A stretch of 37,969 bases of DNA, from assembly GCA_003518045.1 (NCBI GenBank), contig DOZK01000021.1, positions 8,975 through 46,943 of the forward strand. The letters are read 5' to 3'. Made by a program: the position numbers and the translations under genes. This document shows, piece after piece, positions 1 through 10,033 of this stretch. The notes below the pieces were generated by a model that did not search any database, was not told the DNA's origin, and worked only from the letters and a program-made list of their open reading frames with translations. How positions within the stretch are numbered: position 1 is the first letter of the stretch; every line of letters starts with the position of its first letter. Source of the DNA: Candidatus Nomurabacteria bacterium. Its GTDB lineage: Bacteria > Patescibacteriota > Minisyncoccia > Phycocordibacterales > UBA5272.

Positions 1-83
1 GTATTTGAACCTTTTTATGTCGTCGCTCGGACTAAATATAAAAGATTACTTTTCTGTTTAGCTCCTCGCTAGACAGAATAAAA
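1..83. repeat. 83-bp structured dispersed repeat, copy 1 (window begins inside it)
   Basis: Matches 30387-30469 at 79 of 83 positions; internal hairpin ctaaata-taaaag...ctttt-ctgtttag. Confidence 0.85.
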
Positions 84-184
84 TAATGCCTTTAGTGTAT
101 CATAAAAAAAATCGAAAAACACAACGTCCAGACTTAAAAAACCTATTAATGTTATACTTTATAGTGTGTTGCGAAACCTCGACA

Positions 185-247
185 TGTCATTCCAAACTTG
201 ATTTGGAATCCAGTGGACACTGGATCCTGATTTTCATCAGGATGACA
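185..247. repeat. Family A palindromic repeat (TGTCAT.CC-hairpin-GG.ATCCAG ... CTGGAT.CC-hairpin-GG.ATGACA), inverted doublet
   Basis: tgtcattccaaacttgatttggaatccagtg-ga-cactggatcctgattttcatcaggatgaca; both arms identical to 1062-1141. Confidence 0.85.
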
Positions 248-330
248 AAAAGAAAACAAATACGCCCGGATTTCATAATTCAAAGTATTGTAATCTAATG
301 TCTACTACCTAATGTCTAAAATCTACCCCC

Positions 331-1029
331 ATGATCCCCAAAACTATTCACTATTGCTGGTTCGGCAAAAATCCAAAATCACCTGAAATTTTGGAGTGTA
401 TTTCCAGTTGGGAAAAATTATGCCCTGACTTTTCTATTATTGAATGGAATGAAAATAATTTTACTTATAATGAATATCCATTCACTGCTAAAATGTATAA
501 AGAAAAAAGATGGGCCTTCGTCGCTGATTATGTGAGATTACACGTACTTTATGAGCAAGGTGGATTTTATTTAGATACTGATATGCTACTACTGCAATCA
601 CTTTCTCCCCTCTCCGCAAACGATTGCGTTTTAGGTGAAGAAGAAGTTGGAATTATAAGTGCTGGCATGATTGGAGTCGCTCCACATCATCCATTTATTT
701 TAAATTGTAAAAATTATTATGATAACAATAGTAACGAATTAATTACTATTCCTCGAGTCCTTTCACAAGTTTTTAAAAATTACGAAAACAAATCATCACT
801 AACTGTTTTACCACCAAAAACATTTTATCCATTTGATAGTGAGCATATAAAAGAATGGCACGGGCAGGATTTAGGAAAGGATGTATTTGGTGTTCATCTT
901 TGGAATTATTCTTGGGGAAGTCCATTAAATAAATTTTTCAAAAAAATTGGTATTTATAGTTTTGGTGTAAAACTCACAGAATCCCTCGGTATAAAAAATT
1001 TTCTAAAAAAAATACTAGGGTTAATCTAG
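331..1029 (+). CDS. Glycosyltransferase, GT32/OCH1-like (DXD sugar-binding)
   Basis: MIPKTIHYCWFG start, WAFVADYVRL and GGFYLDTD motifs. Confidence 0.9.
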   Translation: MIPKTIHYCWFGKNPKSPEILECISSWEKLCPDFSIIEWNENNFTYNEYPFTAKMYKEKRWAFVADYVRLHVLYEQGGFYLDTDMLLLQSLSPLSANDCVLGEEEVGIISAGMIGVAPHHPFILNCKNYYDNNSNELITIPRVLSQVFKNYENKSSLTVLPPKTFYPFDSEHIKEWHGQDLGKDVFGVHLWNYSWGSPLNKFFKKIGIYSFGVKLTESLGIKNFLKKILGLI

Positions 1030-1061
1030 TTAATTTACTTTAAATTAAAAAACTCCTCGTA

Positions 1062-1141
1062 TGTCATTCCAAACTTGATTTGGAATCCAGTGTTATGCTT
1101 TAAAATACAAACACTGGATCCTGATTTTCATCAGGATGACA
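1062..1141. repeat. Family A palindromic repeat, inverted doublet
   Basis: Same arms as 185-247 with a longer AT-rich spacer. Confidence 0.85.
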
Positions 1142-1166
1142 ACCAAAAAATAAAGTTTTAAATTGC

Positions 1167-1190
1167 GAAAGCTCCCTTGCGGGAGCTTTC
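1167..1190. terminator. GC-rich hairpin, probable intrinsic terminator
   Basis: gaaagctccc-ttgc-gggagctttc, perfect 10-bp stem. Confidence 0.55.
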
Positions 1191-1440
1191 TCGGAGCCCA
1201 AAGGCACTGTGTAATTATTATACCAGCAACAAACAATTTGTCATTTAATTAATCCAAAATAATAAAATTCGGACGAATTCATATACCCAAGTCAAGGTTT
1301 TCATCTAAATTTTATTAGTTGAGGCTAAATGTATGCAAACATGTACATTTTGTATACATTCTATAAAAGATGTACCCACACTCTCCTAAAGCCGAAAAAG
1401 TACCTTTTATCTCAATACCTTTTCATTTACTGCAATTTAC

Positions 1441-1492
1441 AAAGTTTATAAACTTTTGATTTTTTGACTAAGTTTATAAACTTTGATAAACT
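1441..1492 (+). promoter_or_regulatory. Sigma70-type promoter with two palindromic operators upstream of the HTH-Fic gene
   Basis: TTGACT(1464-69)-N17-TAAACT(1487-92); palindromes aaagtttataaacttt (1441-56) and aagtttataaactt (1470-83, in the spacer). Confidence 0.7.
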
Positions 1493-1501
1493 ATATACAT
1501 T

Positions 1502-2431
1502 ATGACAATTCAAGAAAAACTAAAAATAATCCAAAAAAATACTGGTTTTAATCAAACTGAACTAAGTCAAAAACTTGGTGTATCTTACGTGTCTTTTAGT
1601 AAATGGTGGAATGGCCATGCCTTACCACGAGAAAAAGCTTTGAACTCAATCGATGCATTATTTTTAGAAGTAACTGGACAGAAAACAATTCCGGAGGATT
1701 ACTTATCGGCAAAAAAACAAAATCTTTTAAATTATTCAAAAAAACATAGCAATATTATTAAAGAAATACTTTCCAGTCCAGACATTAGAGATCAGTTTAT
1801 GTTAAAACTAACATATCATTCAAATGGTATTGAAGGAAGTACCCTTACAGAGAATGATACCGCTGCCATACTTTTTGATAATGTAGCTCTACCCAATAAA
1901 ACACTAATCGAACAGCTTGAAGCAAAAAACCATCAAACCGCGCTTCTTTATCTATTTAATCACATTGCTAAAAATGGAAATATCAATGAAACCTTAATAT
2001 TAAAACTACATAGTATATTAATGAATGGCATTTATGAAGATGCTGGTTTTTATCGTAGACATAGTGTTCGTATTGTTGGAGCAGATATGCCAACAGCAAA
2101 TTATCTAAAGGTACCAGAACTAATGAAAAATTTAGTAAAAGATATAAATAAAATTAAAAAAGATTCTATATCACACACATCTATAATCCATAGTGTTTTT
2201 GAAAAAATACACCCCTTCCCTGATGGAAACGGGAGAATTGGTCGTTTGCTGATGAATGCCATGCTTTTAAAAACAAATATTGCTCCAGCAGTAATACATC
2301 AAAAAAATAAGAGGCTTTATTATACATATCTAAATAAGTCCCAAACTAAAGATGATTTTAGCCAATTAGAAGACTTCATATGTGATGCTATTTTAGATGG
2401 ATTTAAAATTTTAGAAAGAAATCTTAAATAA
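1502..2431 (+). CDS. XRE-HTH-fused Fic-domain protein
   Basis: N-terminal HTH (FNQTELSQKLGVSYVSFSKWWNG), Fic motif HPFPDGNGRIGR, inhibitory motif SNGIEG. Confidence 0.9.
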   Translation: MTIQEKLKIIQKNTGFNQTELSQKLGVSYVSFSKWWNGHALPREKALNSIDALFLEVTGQKTIPEDYLSAKKQNLLNYSKKHSNIIKEILSSPDIRDQFMLKLTYHSNGIEGSTLTENDTAAILFDNVALPNKTLIEQLEAKNHQTALLYLFNHIAKNGNINETLILKLHSILMNGIYEDAGFYRRHSVRIVGADMPTANYLKVPELMKNLVKDINKIKKDSISHTSIIHSVFEKIHPFPDGNGRIGRLLMNAMLLKTNIAPAVIHQKNKRLYYTYLNKSQTKDDFSQLEDFICDAILDGFKILERNLK

Positions 2432-2455
2432 AAAAATAACTTTACCAACTATTAC

Positions 2456-3226
2456 ATGAAATTTTCTATAATCACCCCAACATATAAAAGAGCAGATAAA
2501 TTAATTCGTGCTGTTAATTCACTACGTAATCAAACTTTTGGTGATTGGGAAATGATTATAGTCAACGACTCTCCTACTGAACCAGGCTATGATAAATTTG
2601 AACAAGCAATAAATGACCCAAGAATTAGATATTTAAAAAATACAAAAAATGAAGGCGTTAATTATTCTAGAAACCGAGCGTTAGATGAAGTATCAATACA
2701 TAGCGATTGGACTATATTTCTTGATGATGATGATTATTTAGCACCAGACGCCTTAGAAACATTACACGAATTAATAAGAACTCATGGTGGTGTAAGTTGG
2801 TTTGTAACAAATCGTGCCTACAAAGATGGTACCCCTACTACGAATTTTCCAAAATCTGATAAAAAATATTCTTATGCTTTTGACTATTTAATTTTAAAAA
2901 GATGTAAGGGAGATGCGACTCATTGTATAGAAACAAAAAAACTTGGTGAGATTAGATTTTTAAAACATATAAAACAAGCTGAGGAATGGTTTTTCTTTTA
3001 TCAACTTGGTTTAAAAAATAAATTTTATTATCACGACCACAACAGCACTATTACCGATGGCTATAATGAAGCTACTGGTCTAAACTTCCGTAAAAGAAAT
3101 CGCAAAAACGAATTTAAGACAATTTTAGTAATTGCTTATGAGGGTGCCGTCAAAGGAATAATTTACCACCCCACTTTCCTAATTTATTTATTCATGCGCT
3201 TGGTTCGCATTATTGTTAAACGCTAG
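2456..3226 (+). CDS. Glycosyltransferase family 2
   Basis: FSIITPTYKR, IIVNDS, NYSRNRAL, IFLDDDD motifs. Confidence 0.9.
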   Translation: MKFSIITPTYKRADKLIRAVNSLRNQTFGDWEMIIVNDSPTEPGYDKFEQAINDPRIRYLKNTKNEGVNYSRNRALDEVSIHSDWTIFLDDDDYLAPDALETLHELIRTHGGVSWFVTNRAYKDGTPTTNFPKSDKKYSYAFDYLILKRCKGDATHCIETKKLGEIRFLKHIKQAEEWFFFYQLGLKNKFYYHDHNSTITDGYNEATGLNFRKRNRKNEFKTILVIAYEGAVKGIIYHPTFLIYLFMRLVRIIVKR

Positions 3227-3227
3227 A

Positions 3228-4241
3228 TTATTGTGGAAGTTCCGCTTTCATTGGTATTCCGGCACTCTTTACATATCCCCCATACACTGCCTCTATAATT
3301 AATTTTACACGCTCAAAATATTTCCATGTTATTCCATATTTAAAAATACCAAGAATACAAAGTCCTAATATCCATATAAAAATACTCAACAATAAAGTAA
3401 TCTTCCACTGTGGACTATTTTCTCTTGAAATACGAACCATATTTCGAATACGATAATAAACTTTAAATGGACGGGTACTAGGATTAAATAATCCAAAAAT
3501 ATGTGAATCTCCAAAAGAAGAATCGATGTCGTGAATTACTGGTGAAGTAGAAACATATGATTTATAGCCGGCCTTTTTCACACCCCATGAATATGCAATA
3601 TCATCACCATATAAAACAAGAGACTTATCTGGTAGTGGAGCTTCACACACTGCTGTGATTGGCAAAAAAGCTCCCCCATAAATAAAACCAATGGTTGGAA
3701 TTATTGGAAGAAATGGACCACTCCTTTTATTATTAATATCTGATACTAATTTTATAAAATTAATAACTTTTTCAAAACTAAAAACTTCAAAAAAAGTTCC
3801 TTTTGGATTAAGGTCTCTCAAAGATGGTTTATAAAAATATTCCTGACTCCCAGAAAGGTCTACTCTATTTCCCATAAGTACAATTTTATCCCCTTTAAGA
3901 AAGTTCTTTTTAATATCTAAAAATCTATCAATAGCCCCCACTTCTGGGACATTGTCATCATCTAGTAGAAAAACGAAATCGCAATCTATGTCACGGACAG
4001 CCTTTAACCCAGCATGAAAGCCACCTGCTGATCCAAGATTTTTATCATGTCTAATGATTAAAACTTTCTCACCATAAATTTTTACACCATCTTCAATTTC
4101 TTTTTGATTTCTTGAACCATTGTCAACAATAATAAACTTTACAACATGCACATCATTAATGACCGAATTAATGACTTGAGATAAAAAATCCCATCTTTTT
4201 CCATAAGTAACTGTAACAACGGCAACTTTTGTATTAGACAT
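3228..4241 (-). CDS. Glycosyltransferase family 2 (rhamnosyltransferase-like)
   Basis: VVTVTY, IVDNGS, NLGSAGGF, LLDDD, YGDD, YYRIRN; directly downstream of rml genes. Confidence 0.85.
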   Translation of the reverse strand: MSNTKVAVVTVTYGKRWDFLSQVINSVINDVHVVKFIIVDNGSRNQKEIEDGVKIYGEKVLIIRHDKNLGSAGGFHAGLKAVRDIDCDFVFLLDDDNVPEVGAIDRFLDIKKNFLKGDKIVLMGNRVDLSGSQEYFYKPSLRDLNPKGTFFEVFSFEKVINFIKLVSDINNKRSGPFLPIIPTIGFIYGGAFLPITAVCEAPLPDKSLVLYGDDIAYSWGVKKAGYKSYVSTSPVIHDIDSSFGDSHIFGLFNPSTRPFKVYYRIRNMVRISRENSPQWKITLLLSIFIWILGLCILGIFKYGITWKYFERVKLIIEAVYGGYVKSAGIPMKAELPQ

Positions 4242-4244
4242 GAT

Positions 4245-4970
4245 TTAAATAATTAAATTCTTATGCAACTTTTCTTGAGCAAGCAAATTTGCTTTAACTA
4301 AAGAATCAAATGTCCCTGCATCAATCCACTCACCATTAATGACTCTCACATCTAGCTCTCCGTTATCTAAATATCTTTTATGTAAATCAACAATTTCGAG
4401 CTCACCTCTTTCGCTTGGTTTTGATTCTTTTGCAAATTGCACAATTCTAGAATCATAAATATAAACACCTGGAATTGCAAAATTACTTTTTGGATTTTTT
4501 GGTTTTTCTTCTATAGAAATTACTTTCATATCTTTATCAAATTCGACCACACCAAAACGCTCTGGGTCCTTAACTTCTTTTGCAAAAATCCTCGCCCCTT
4601 TTTTGAAAGAAGAAATATGTTCCGTTAAATCTTCTTCAAAAATATTATCCCCTAGTATCATAACTACGTCGTCCCCCTGTAAAAAGGTTTCGCCGATAAT
4701 AAAAGCCTCACTTAATCCCTTTGGACTATCTTGTATTTCATAAGTAAACTTAACACCCCATTCCTTACCTGAACCCAAAAGATTAAGATAATCCCCGGCT
4801 CTTTCTGGAGCTACTATTATTAAAATTTCTTTTATACCAGCCTTTATAAGAATATTCAACGGATAAAAAATCATTGGCCTATTATAAATAGGAAGCAACT
4901 GTTTAGAAGTAACAGCTGTTAATGGATACAATCTAGTCCCTTTTCCGCCTGATAAAATAATACCTTTCAT
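4245..4970 (-). CDS. rmlA: Glucose-1-phosphate thymidylyltransferase (short form)
   Basis: MKGIILSGGKGTRLYPLT, SKQLLPIY, SERGELEI, WIDAGT. Confidence 0.92.
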   Translation of the reverse strand: MKGIILSGGKGTRLYPLTAVTSKQLLPIYNRPMIFYPLNILIKAGIKEILIIVAPERAGDYLNLLGSGKEWGVKFTYEIQDSPKGLSEAFIIGETFLQGDDVVMILGDNIFEEDLTEHISSFKKGARIFAKEVKDPERFGVVEFDKDMKVISIEEKPKNPKSNFAIPGVYIYDSRIVQFAKESKPSERGELEIVDLHKRYLDNGELDVRVINGEWIDAGTFDSLVKANLLAQEKLHKNLII

Positions 4971-4983
4971 AAGCCTTATCTTA

Positions 4984-5868
4984 CTACTTTAAATCAATAA
5001 AGTCATTACTTGAAACGAAGTCCTTAAGCGCTTCTTTTAGCGGATGCAACACTGGACGCTTGGTATTTTTTAACACAGAAAATGCTGGGCGTTTAGCATT
5101 ACGTAAAATCGCATTACCATGTATTGGATTAATTTCAGTGTCATGGGCAATTATCTTAAATAATAATCTAAGTCCTTGATACCATGATTCTTCACCCTCA
5201 TTTATTAAATGATAAATACCGTAGTTACATTTATCTTCAATGAGTGATTTTGTAGCCTTTGCCAAATCAGGCGCATAAGTAAAACAGCTTATTTCATCAT
5301 CAACTACATTCAAAGATTTTTGAGAATGTGAGAGATGAAGCATAACTTCAAAGAAACTTTTCTTGCCAGTTACCCCTCTTTGTTTTGAAAATAATCTTGA
5401 TAATCTAATTATGTAAAACTTTTCACTAAAATTTTTGACAGCCTCTTCTCCTAAATATTTAGAAACGGCATATTTACAATTTGGAATTGGAATAATGTCT
5501 TCGGAAAATCCTCCTTCGATTTTTTCATTTTTACCAAATACATAATCAGTAGAATAATGTACAAAAGTAATTCCTAATTCTTTAGAAATTTTTGCAATGG
5601 CTTCCGGCACATCTTTATTTAATAAAATAGCTTTTGCATATTCTACTTCATCATCTTCACAATCATCGACTGAATTATAAGCAACTGTGTTTAAAATATA
5701 TTCCGGAGACAATTCTTTTATTTTTTGATTAAGCAATAAAATGTCTGTAACATCTATATCTTTATGGGACCATGTTGTTACAGAATATTTTTTATCACCA
5801 TTAAATAAATCAACTAACTCTTTGCCTAAAGTTCCAGTACTACCTAAAATAAGAATTTTTATAGGCAT
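4984..5868 (-). CDS. rmlD: dTDP-4-dehydrorhamnose reductase
   Basis: GSTGTLG, HYSTDYVF, YAVSKYLGE, AKRPAFSVL. Confidence 0.9.
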   Translation of the reverse strand: MPIKILILGSTGTLGKELVDLFNGDKKYSVTTWSHKDIDVTDILLLNQKIKELSPEYILNTVAYNSVDDCEDDEVEYAKAILLNKDVPEAIAKISKELGITFVHYSTDYVFGKNEKIEGGFSEDIIPIPNCKYAVSKYLGEEAVKNFSEKFYIIRLSRLFSKQRGVTGKKSFFEVMLHLSHSQKSLNVVDDEISCFTYAPDLAKATKSLIEDKCNYGIYHLINEGEESWYQGLRLLFKIIAHDTEINPIHGNAILRNAKRPAFSVLKNTKRPVLHPLKEALKDFVSSNDFIDLK

Positions 5869-6833
5869 AAATTATTTTTTAATTTCCACCAAATTTCATT
5901 TTCTTTATACCATTCTATAGTTTTTTGAAGACCATCTTCAAATTTTATTTCTGGCTCCCACCCTAATTCATTTTTAATTTTCTCATATGAAATAGCATAT
6001 CTTCTATCATGACCGGCTCTATCTTCTACATTTTCTATAAAACTTTCGTCTTTTCCCATTAAAGAAAGAATTGTTTTTATAACGTCAATATTTTTCTTTT
6101 CACTATTACCACCGACACAATAAACCTCGCCTATCTTACCGTCATGCAAAATAATATCAATTGCGCGACAGTGATCTTCTACATAAAGCCAATCGCGAAT
6201 TTGTAGCCCATCTCCATAAACAGGAATTTTTTTATTTTCTAAAATATTAGTAATTGCAAGTGATATTAACTTTTCAGGAAATTGATAAGGCCCGTAATTA
6301 TTTGAACAATTAGAAATTGTAACCGGCAATCCATAAGTATGATAATAGGCCATAACCAAATGGTCGGACGACGCTTTAGAAGCACTGTATGGACTACGAG
6401 GGTCATAATTACTTATTTCATTGAAAGGCTTATCGCTATCATTTAATTGTCCGAAAACCTCATCAGTGGAAATATGATGGAAACGTTTATTCCCATGATT
6501 TCTAGCTGATTCTAGTAAAGTAAAAGTTCCAACTATATTTGTTTGAATAAAATTCACAGCATTACTTATTGACCTATCTACATGGGACTCCGCTGCGAAA
6601 TGTACAATAGCCCCGCATTCGCTCACTAAATTATCAACAAGATTTTTATCACAAATATTTCCATGTACAAATCTATATCTACTATCTCCACCCCACTCTT
6701 TCAGTGAATCTTTATCACCAGCATAGGTAAGCGCGTCCAAATTAATAACTTCGTAATCTTTATATTTATTTAAAATAAAATGTATAAAGTTAGATCCGAT
6801 AAATCCCGCTCCACCTGTTACAAGTATTTTCAT
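5859..6833 (-). CDS. rmlB: dTDP-glucose 4,6-dehydratase
   Basis: VTGGAGFIGSN, HFAAESHVDRSI, STDEVFG, YSASKA, NNYGPYQFPEK. Confidence 0.96.
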   Translation of the reverse strand: MKILVTGGAGFIGSNFIHFILNKYKDYEVINLDALTYAGDKDSLKEWGGDSRYRFVHGNICDKNLVDNLVSECGAIVHFAAESHVDRSISNAVNFIQTNIVGTFTLLESARNHGNKRFHHISTDEVFGQLNDSDKPFNEISNYDPRSPYSASKASSDHLVMAYYHTYGLPVTISNCSNNYGPYQFPEKLISLAITNILENKKIPVYGDGLQIRDWLYVEDHCRAIDIILHDGKIGEVYCVGGNSEKKNIDVIKTILSLMGKDESFIENVEDRAGHDRRYAISYEKIKNELGWEPEIKFEDGLQKTIEWYKENEIWWKLKNNLCL

Positions 6834-6837
6834 AATA

Positions 6838-7389
6838 TTAAATAATTCCTATTTTACTTTTAAGCACTTTAAAAGAATCCTGCACCTTATCTTTTTCACT
6901 AATTATTTTTTCACCATCTGGCCAAGTAATAGATATTTCTTCGTCATTCCACAATAGTCCTCCTTCACTTTCTTTATTCCACACTTCAGTACATTTGTAT
7001 GAAAAAATAGTATTATCAACGAGCGACATAAATCCATGAGCAAATCCAGCAGGGATAAAAACCTGTTTTTTATTTTCTTCAGAAAGTTCACAAGAAAAAT
7101 ATTTTCCAAAAGTAGGAGAATCTTTTCTTATATCAACTGCAACATCAAACACCTTTCCGCGAAGTACAGAAACTAATTTCCCTTGAGCGTGTGGTGTACT
7201 TTGAAAATGAAGTCCCCGAACTACACCCTTCTTTGAAACAGATATATTATCTTGTACAAAATTATCTGATATTCCGAGAGTTTTATAAAAATTCTCATTA
7301 TAAGACTCCATAAAATAACCACGTTCGTCAAAAAACGCTTTTAATTCAACTATAAATAATCCCTCAAAATCTGTTTTTATCACTTCCAT
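6838..7389 (-). CDS. rmlC: dTDP-4-dehydrorhamnose 3,5-epimerase
   Basis: DERGYFME, RGLHFQ, IPAGFAHGF. Confidence 0.95.
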   Translation of the reverse strand: MEVIKTDFEGLFIVELKAFFDERGYFMESYNENFYKTLGISDNFVQDNISVSKKGVVRGLHFQSTPHAQGKLVSVLRGKVFDVAVDIRKDSPTFGKYFSCELSEENKKQVFIPAGFAHGFMSLVDNTIFSYKCTEVWNKESEGGLLWNDEEISITWPDGEKIISEKDKVQDSFKVLKSKIGII

Positions 7390-7432
7390 ATTGATATGAT
7401 TATACTACGAATTGCAAAACAAGGTTTTAGGA

Positions 7433-8560
7433 TTAAATATTTAAAAAATTATTTTTACTGTTTTTAATCAAATCCCTAATAGCTTTTTCATCTATGTAAT
7501 ACCTAAGCTCTTTATCATTTTCCACCATAAAAAGTATCATACGAGCATACATTTTGTCTGTACCATGAATTTCATCAACGAATTCTGTGTCTTTTCCTCC
7601 AAAAGAAAGTGTCGACGAAAAATCGAAAAATAAGGCATTGTTTTTTCTAAAAATATCTTGTTCTTTTTTTATATTATCAATAACCATCTCTTTATAAATA
7701 CCACTTCCCTCATACATTTGACTATAAACAGATTGTGGGAAAGGTGGCGCAAACCCAACAACAAGTATCCCCTTTTCTTGACAGAGTTTTAAAAATAATG
7801 AGAGTTTTTTCAAATTTTCTTCTAAGATTTTATTTTTAGAATTATAATTCTGATTATTTTCTTTTTTTATTACACCTACTTTTTCTTGTATACGTTTATT
7901 AACATCCTCGATTAAATTTTTATTAGTCTGTGCTTCAAAATACCTATAGCTTCCATCATATCGAAAACCATCACCATTTATAAGAGCGGATATCCCTATA
8001 TTATGATTTTCTTTTGAATTATTTATTAAGGTATTTAAATTAAATTTGTGAGAAAAATAATCAAGATACATTCTTCTAGACATAAAAGAAAAAGTGTCTA
8101 TCATTCTTTTAGGAAACAATAGCTCTTTTTTATCACTATTCTTGTTTAAATCTTCATATAACATTTCCTGGTCTAAGCCAAAAAAAATAACTTTTAAATT
8201 ACTATTATTTGGTAAATCATTAACGAATTTCTCTGCATCGTTTAAAGACCTAACAGCACCCCCAGCATTTACAAAAGAATTTGGCTTAATAAAAAACTCC
8301 TTTCTTATTTCCATAACTCGTGATGTGCCTAATGCAATCACATTTCCATTTTGTTCCCTAAAAAGAAGATTTTTATATGGGAAAAATAAAGTTGAGACAT
8401 AGGAAAATCCAAAAATAGTTTGAGAGAACTCTTTCTGAGTTGCCACAACTTCTTTTATTGAATAAAATTCTCTTCCATAAAAAATTACCATTGCAGGGAA
8501 AATAAAAAGTAAAATTATTGGAAAAAGAAATATAATAATTTTTTTAATAAAAACTATCAT
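7433..8560 (-). CDS. Membrane-anchored SGNH-like (DltD-like) acyltransferase partner of MBOAT-2
   Basis: Start moved to Met29 (8560), 5 nt after the MBOAT stop; N-terminal TM, ALGTSR (GxS nucleophile) and FVDEIHG (DxxH). Confidence 0.7.
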   Translation of the reverse strand: MIVFIKKIIIFLFPIILLFIFPAMVIFYGREFYSIKEVVATQKEFSQTIFGFSYVSTLFFPYKNLLFREQNGNVIALGTSRVMEIRKEFFIKPNSFVNAGGAVRSLNDAEKFVNDLPNNSNLKVIFFGLDQEMLYEDLNKNSDKKELLFPKRMIDTFSFMSRRMYLDYFSHKFNLNTLINNSKENHNIGISALINGDGFRYDGSYRYFEAQTNKNLIEDVNKRIQEKVGVIKKENNQNYNSKNKILEENLKKLSLFLKLCQEKGILVVGFAPPFPQSVYSQMYEGSGIYKEMVIDNIKKEQDIFRKNNALFFDFSSTLSFGGKDTEFVDEIHGTDKMYARMILFMVENDKELRYYIDEKAIRDLIKNSKNNFLNI

Positions 8561-8565
8561 ACAAA

Positions 8566-10029
8566 TTAAAATTGAAAATAGATGAATGTCTGTGAACCAA
8601 AATATCCAAATAAAAGAATTCCACAAACAAGAAAATAATACCAACCATATCTTACAATTTTTGGAGTATTATCAAAAATATAAAATGTCTTATTTTTCTC
8701 CTGAAAGAACTGAACGATTTCCATAGTAAGTATTGAAAAAATGGAAACATACAAAACTATTTTCCCGGACTGTAAAGTTAATTGATTAAAAATATCTTGA
8801 ATGCTTAAATCAAAAATTGTTTTGTTAAAAATATTAGACAAAAAATACCAAGCCTTTCCAACTGTTTCTGATCTAAAGAAAATAAAACTGACACACATAC
8901 CAAAAAATACAATGATTGTTTGTATTATTTGATGCAGTTTTGGTAATTTGTCTAAATGAATAATTCTAACTATATTTTTACGAAGCTTCTCCGTTACTGA
9001 CTCAATTACTAAATACGCACCATTAATCGCACCAAAAACAACAAATGTCCAATTAGCCCCATGCCAAAGTCCAATAAGAACAAAAGTTATAAACAAACTA
9101 TAGAGAAGTTTTATTTTAGAAACTCTACCCCAACCAAGAGCTAGTGGATAATATAAATAATCTCGTAACCAATTTGAAAGTGACATATGCCATCTACGCC
9201 AAAATTCTGCAAAACTTCTTGAAGCATACGGACGATTAAAGTTTTCCGACAAATCATAGCCAAGCATCATTGCTGTCCCGAGTGCTATATCTGAATACCC
9301 TGAAAAATCACAATAAAGTTGATAAGCAAACATAATTGCAATAACAATCAAAAGTAAACTGTCTTGCGGTAGATTAGCATATAAAGGATTTATAATTTGT
9401 GCAAGCTGGTCAGCAATAACCATTTTTTTAAAAAATCCCCATAACATTCTCTCTAACCCTCGTCTTGCTAAAACAAAATTAAATTCGTGTGTTAAATTAA
9501 GCTGTGGCAAAAGATGTTGTGGACGCTCTATAGGACCAGCAACAAGTTGTGGGAAAAACATAACATAAAGAGCATAGGTAAGATAATTTTTCTCTGGCGT
9601 ATATTTCTTTTTATATACTTCTATAACATAACTCAAACTTTGGAATACGTGGAATGAAAGACCAAGTGGTAACGCAATAGTAAGTAATAGCGGTGTATAA
9701 TTCCAGTGTAAAAAATTTGCCAATAAAGAAATATTTTCATTAAAGAAATTAAAATATCTAAAAAAGATCAGAGTTCCTATATTTGCCACTATACTTATTC
9801 CAAGTAATAATTTTCTACTACCACCTTCCCTCTTTTCTATTTCTTTTGCTAAGAAAAAATCTACAGTTATAAGCCCAAAAAGAATTAAAATATATTTTGG
9901 AACAAAAGCCATATAAAACACACAGCTGGCTAGTAGCAAAAATATATTTCTATATTTGGATTTAATTACATAATATAAAACAAAAACTATTGGAAAGAAT
10001 ATTGCGAAGGAAAAGGAATTAAATAGCAT
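8566..10029 (-). CDS. MBOAT family O-acyltransferase (AlgI/DltB-like), MBOAT-2
   Basis: LPLGLSF, FPQLVAGPIER, YCDFSGYSD, FWRRWH, GLWHG; C-terminal FIYFQF. Confidence 0.93.
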   Translation of the reverse strand: MLFNSFSFAIFFPIVFVLYYVIKSKYRNIFLLLASCVFYMAFVPKYILILFGLITVDFFLAKEIEKREGGSRKLLLGISIVANIGTLIFFRYFNFFNENISLLANFLHWNYTPLLLTIALPLGLSFHVFQSLSYVIEVYKKKYTPEKNYLTYALYVMFFPQLVAGPIERPQHLLPQLNLTHEFNFVLARRGLERMLWGFFKKMVIADQLAQIINPLYANLPQDSLLLIVIAIMFAYQLYCDFSGYSDIALGTAMMLGYDLSENFNRPYASRSFAEFWRRWHMSLSNWLRDYLYYPLALGWGRVSKIKLLYSLFITFVLIGLWHGANWTFVVFGAINGAYLVIESVTEKLRKNIVRIIHLDKLPKLHQIIQTIIVFFGMCVSFIFFRSETVGKAWYFLSNIFNKTIFDLSIQDIFNQLTLQSGKIVLYVSIFSILTMEIVQFFQEKNKTFYIFDNTPKIVRYGWYYFLVCGILLFGYFGSQTFIYFQF

Positions 10030-10033
10030 ATAT

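Noticed and set aside
86..298. 70-aa ORF
   Set aside because: Runs through a family A repeat and has no recognisable motif; probably spurious.
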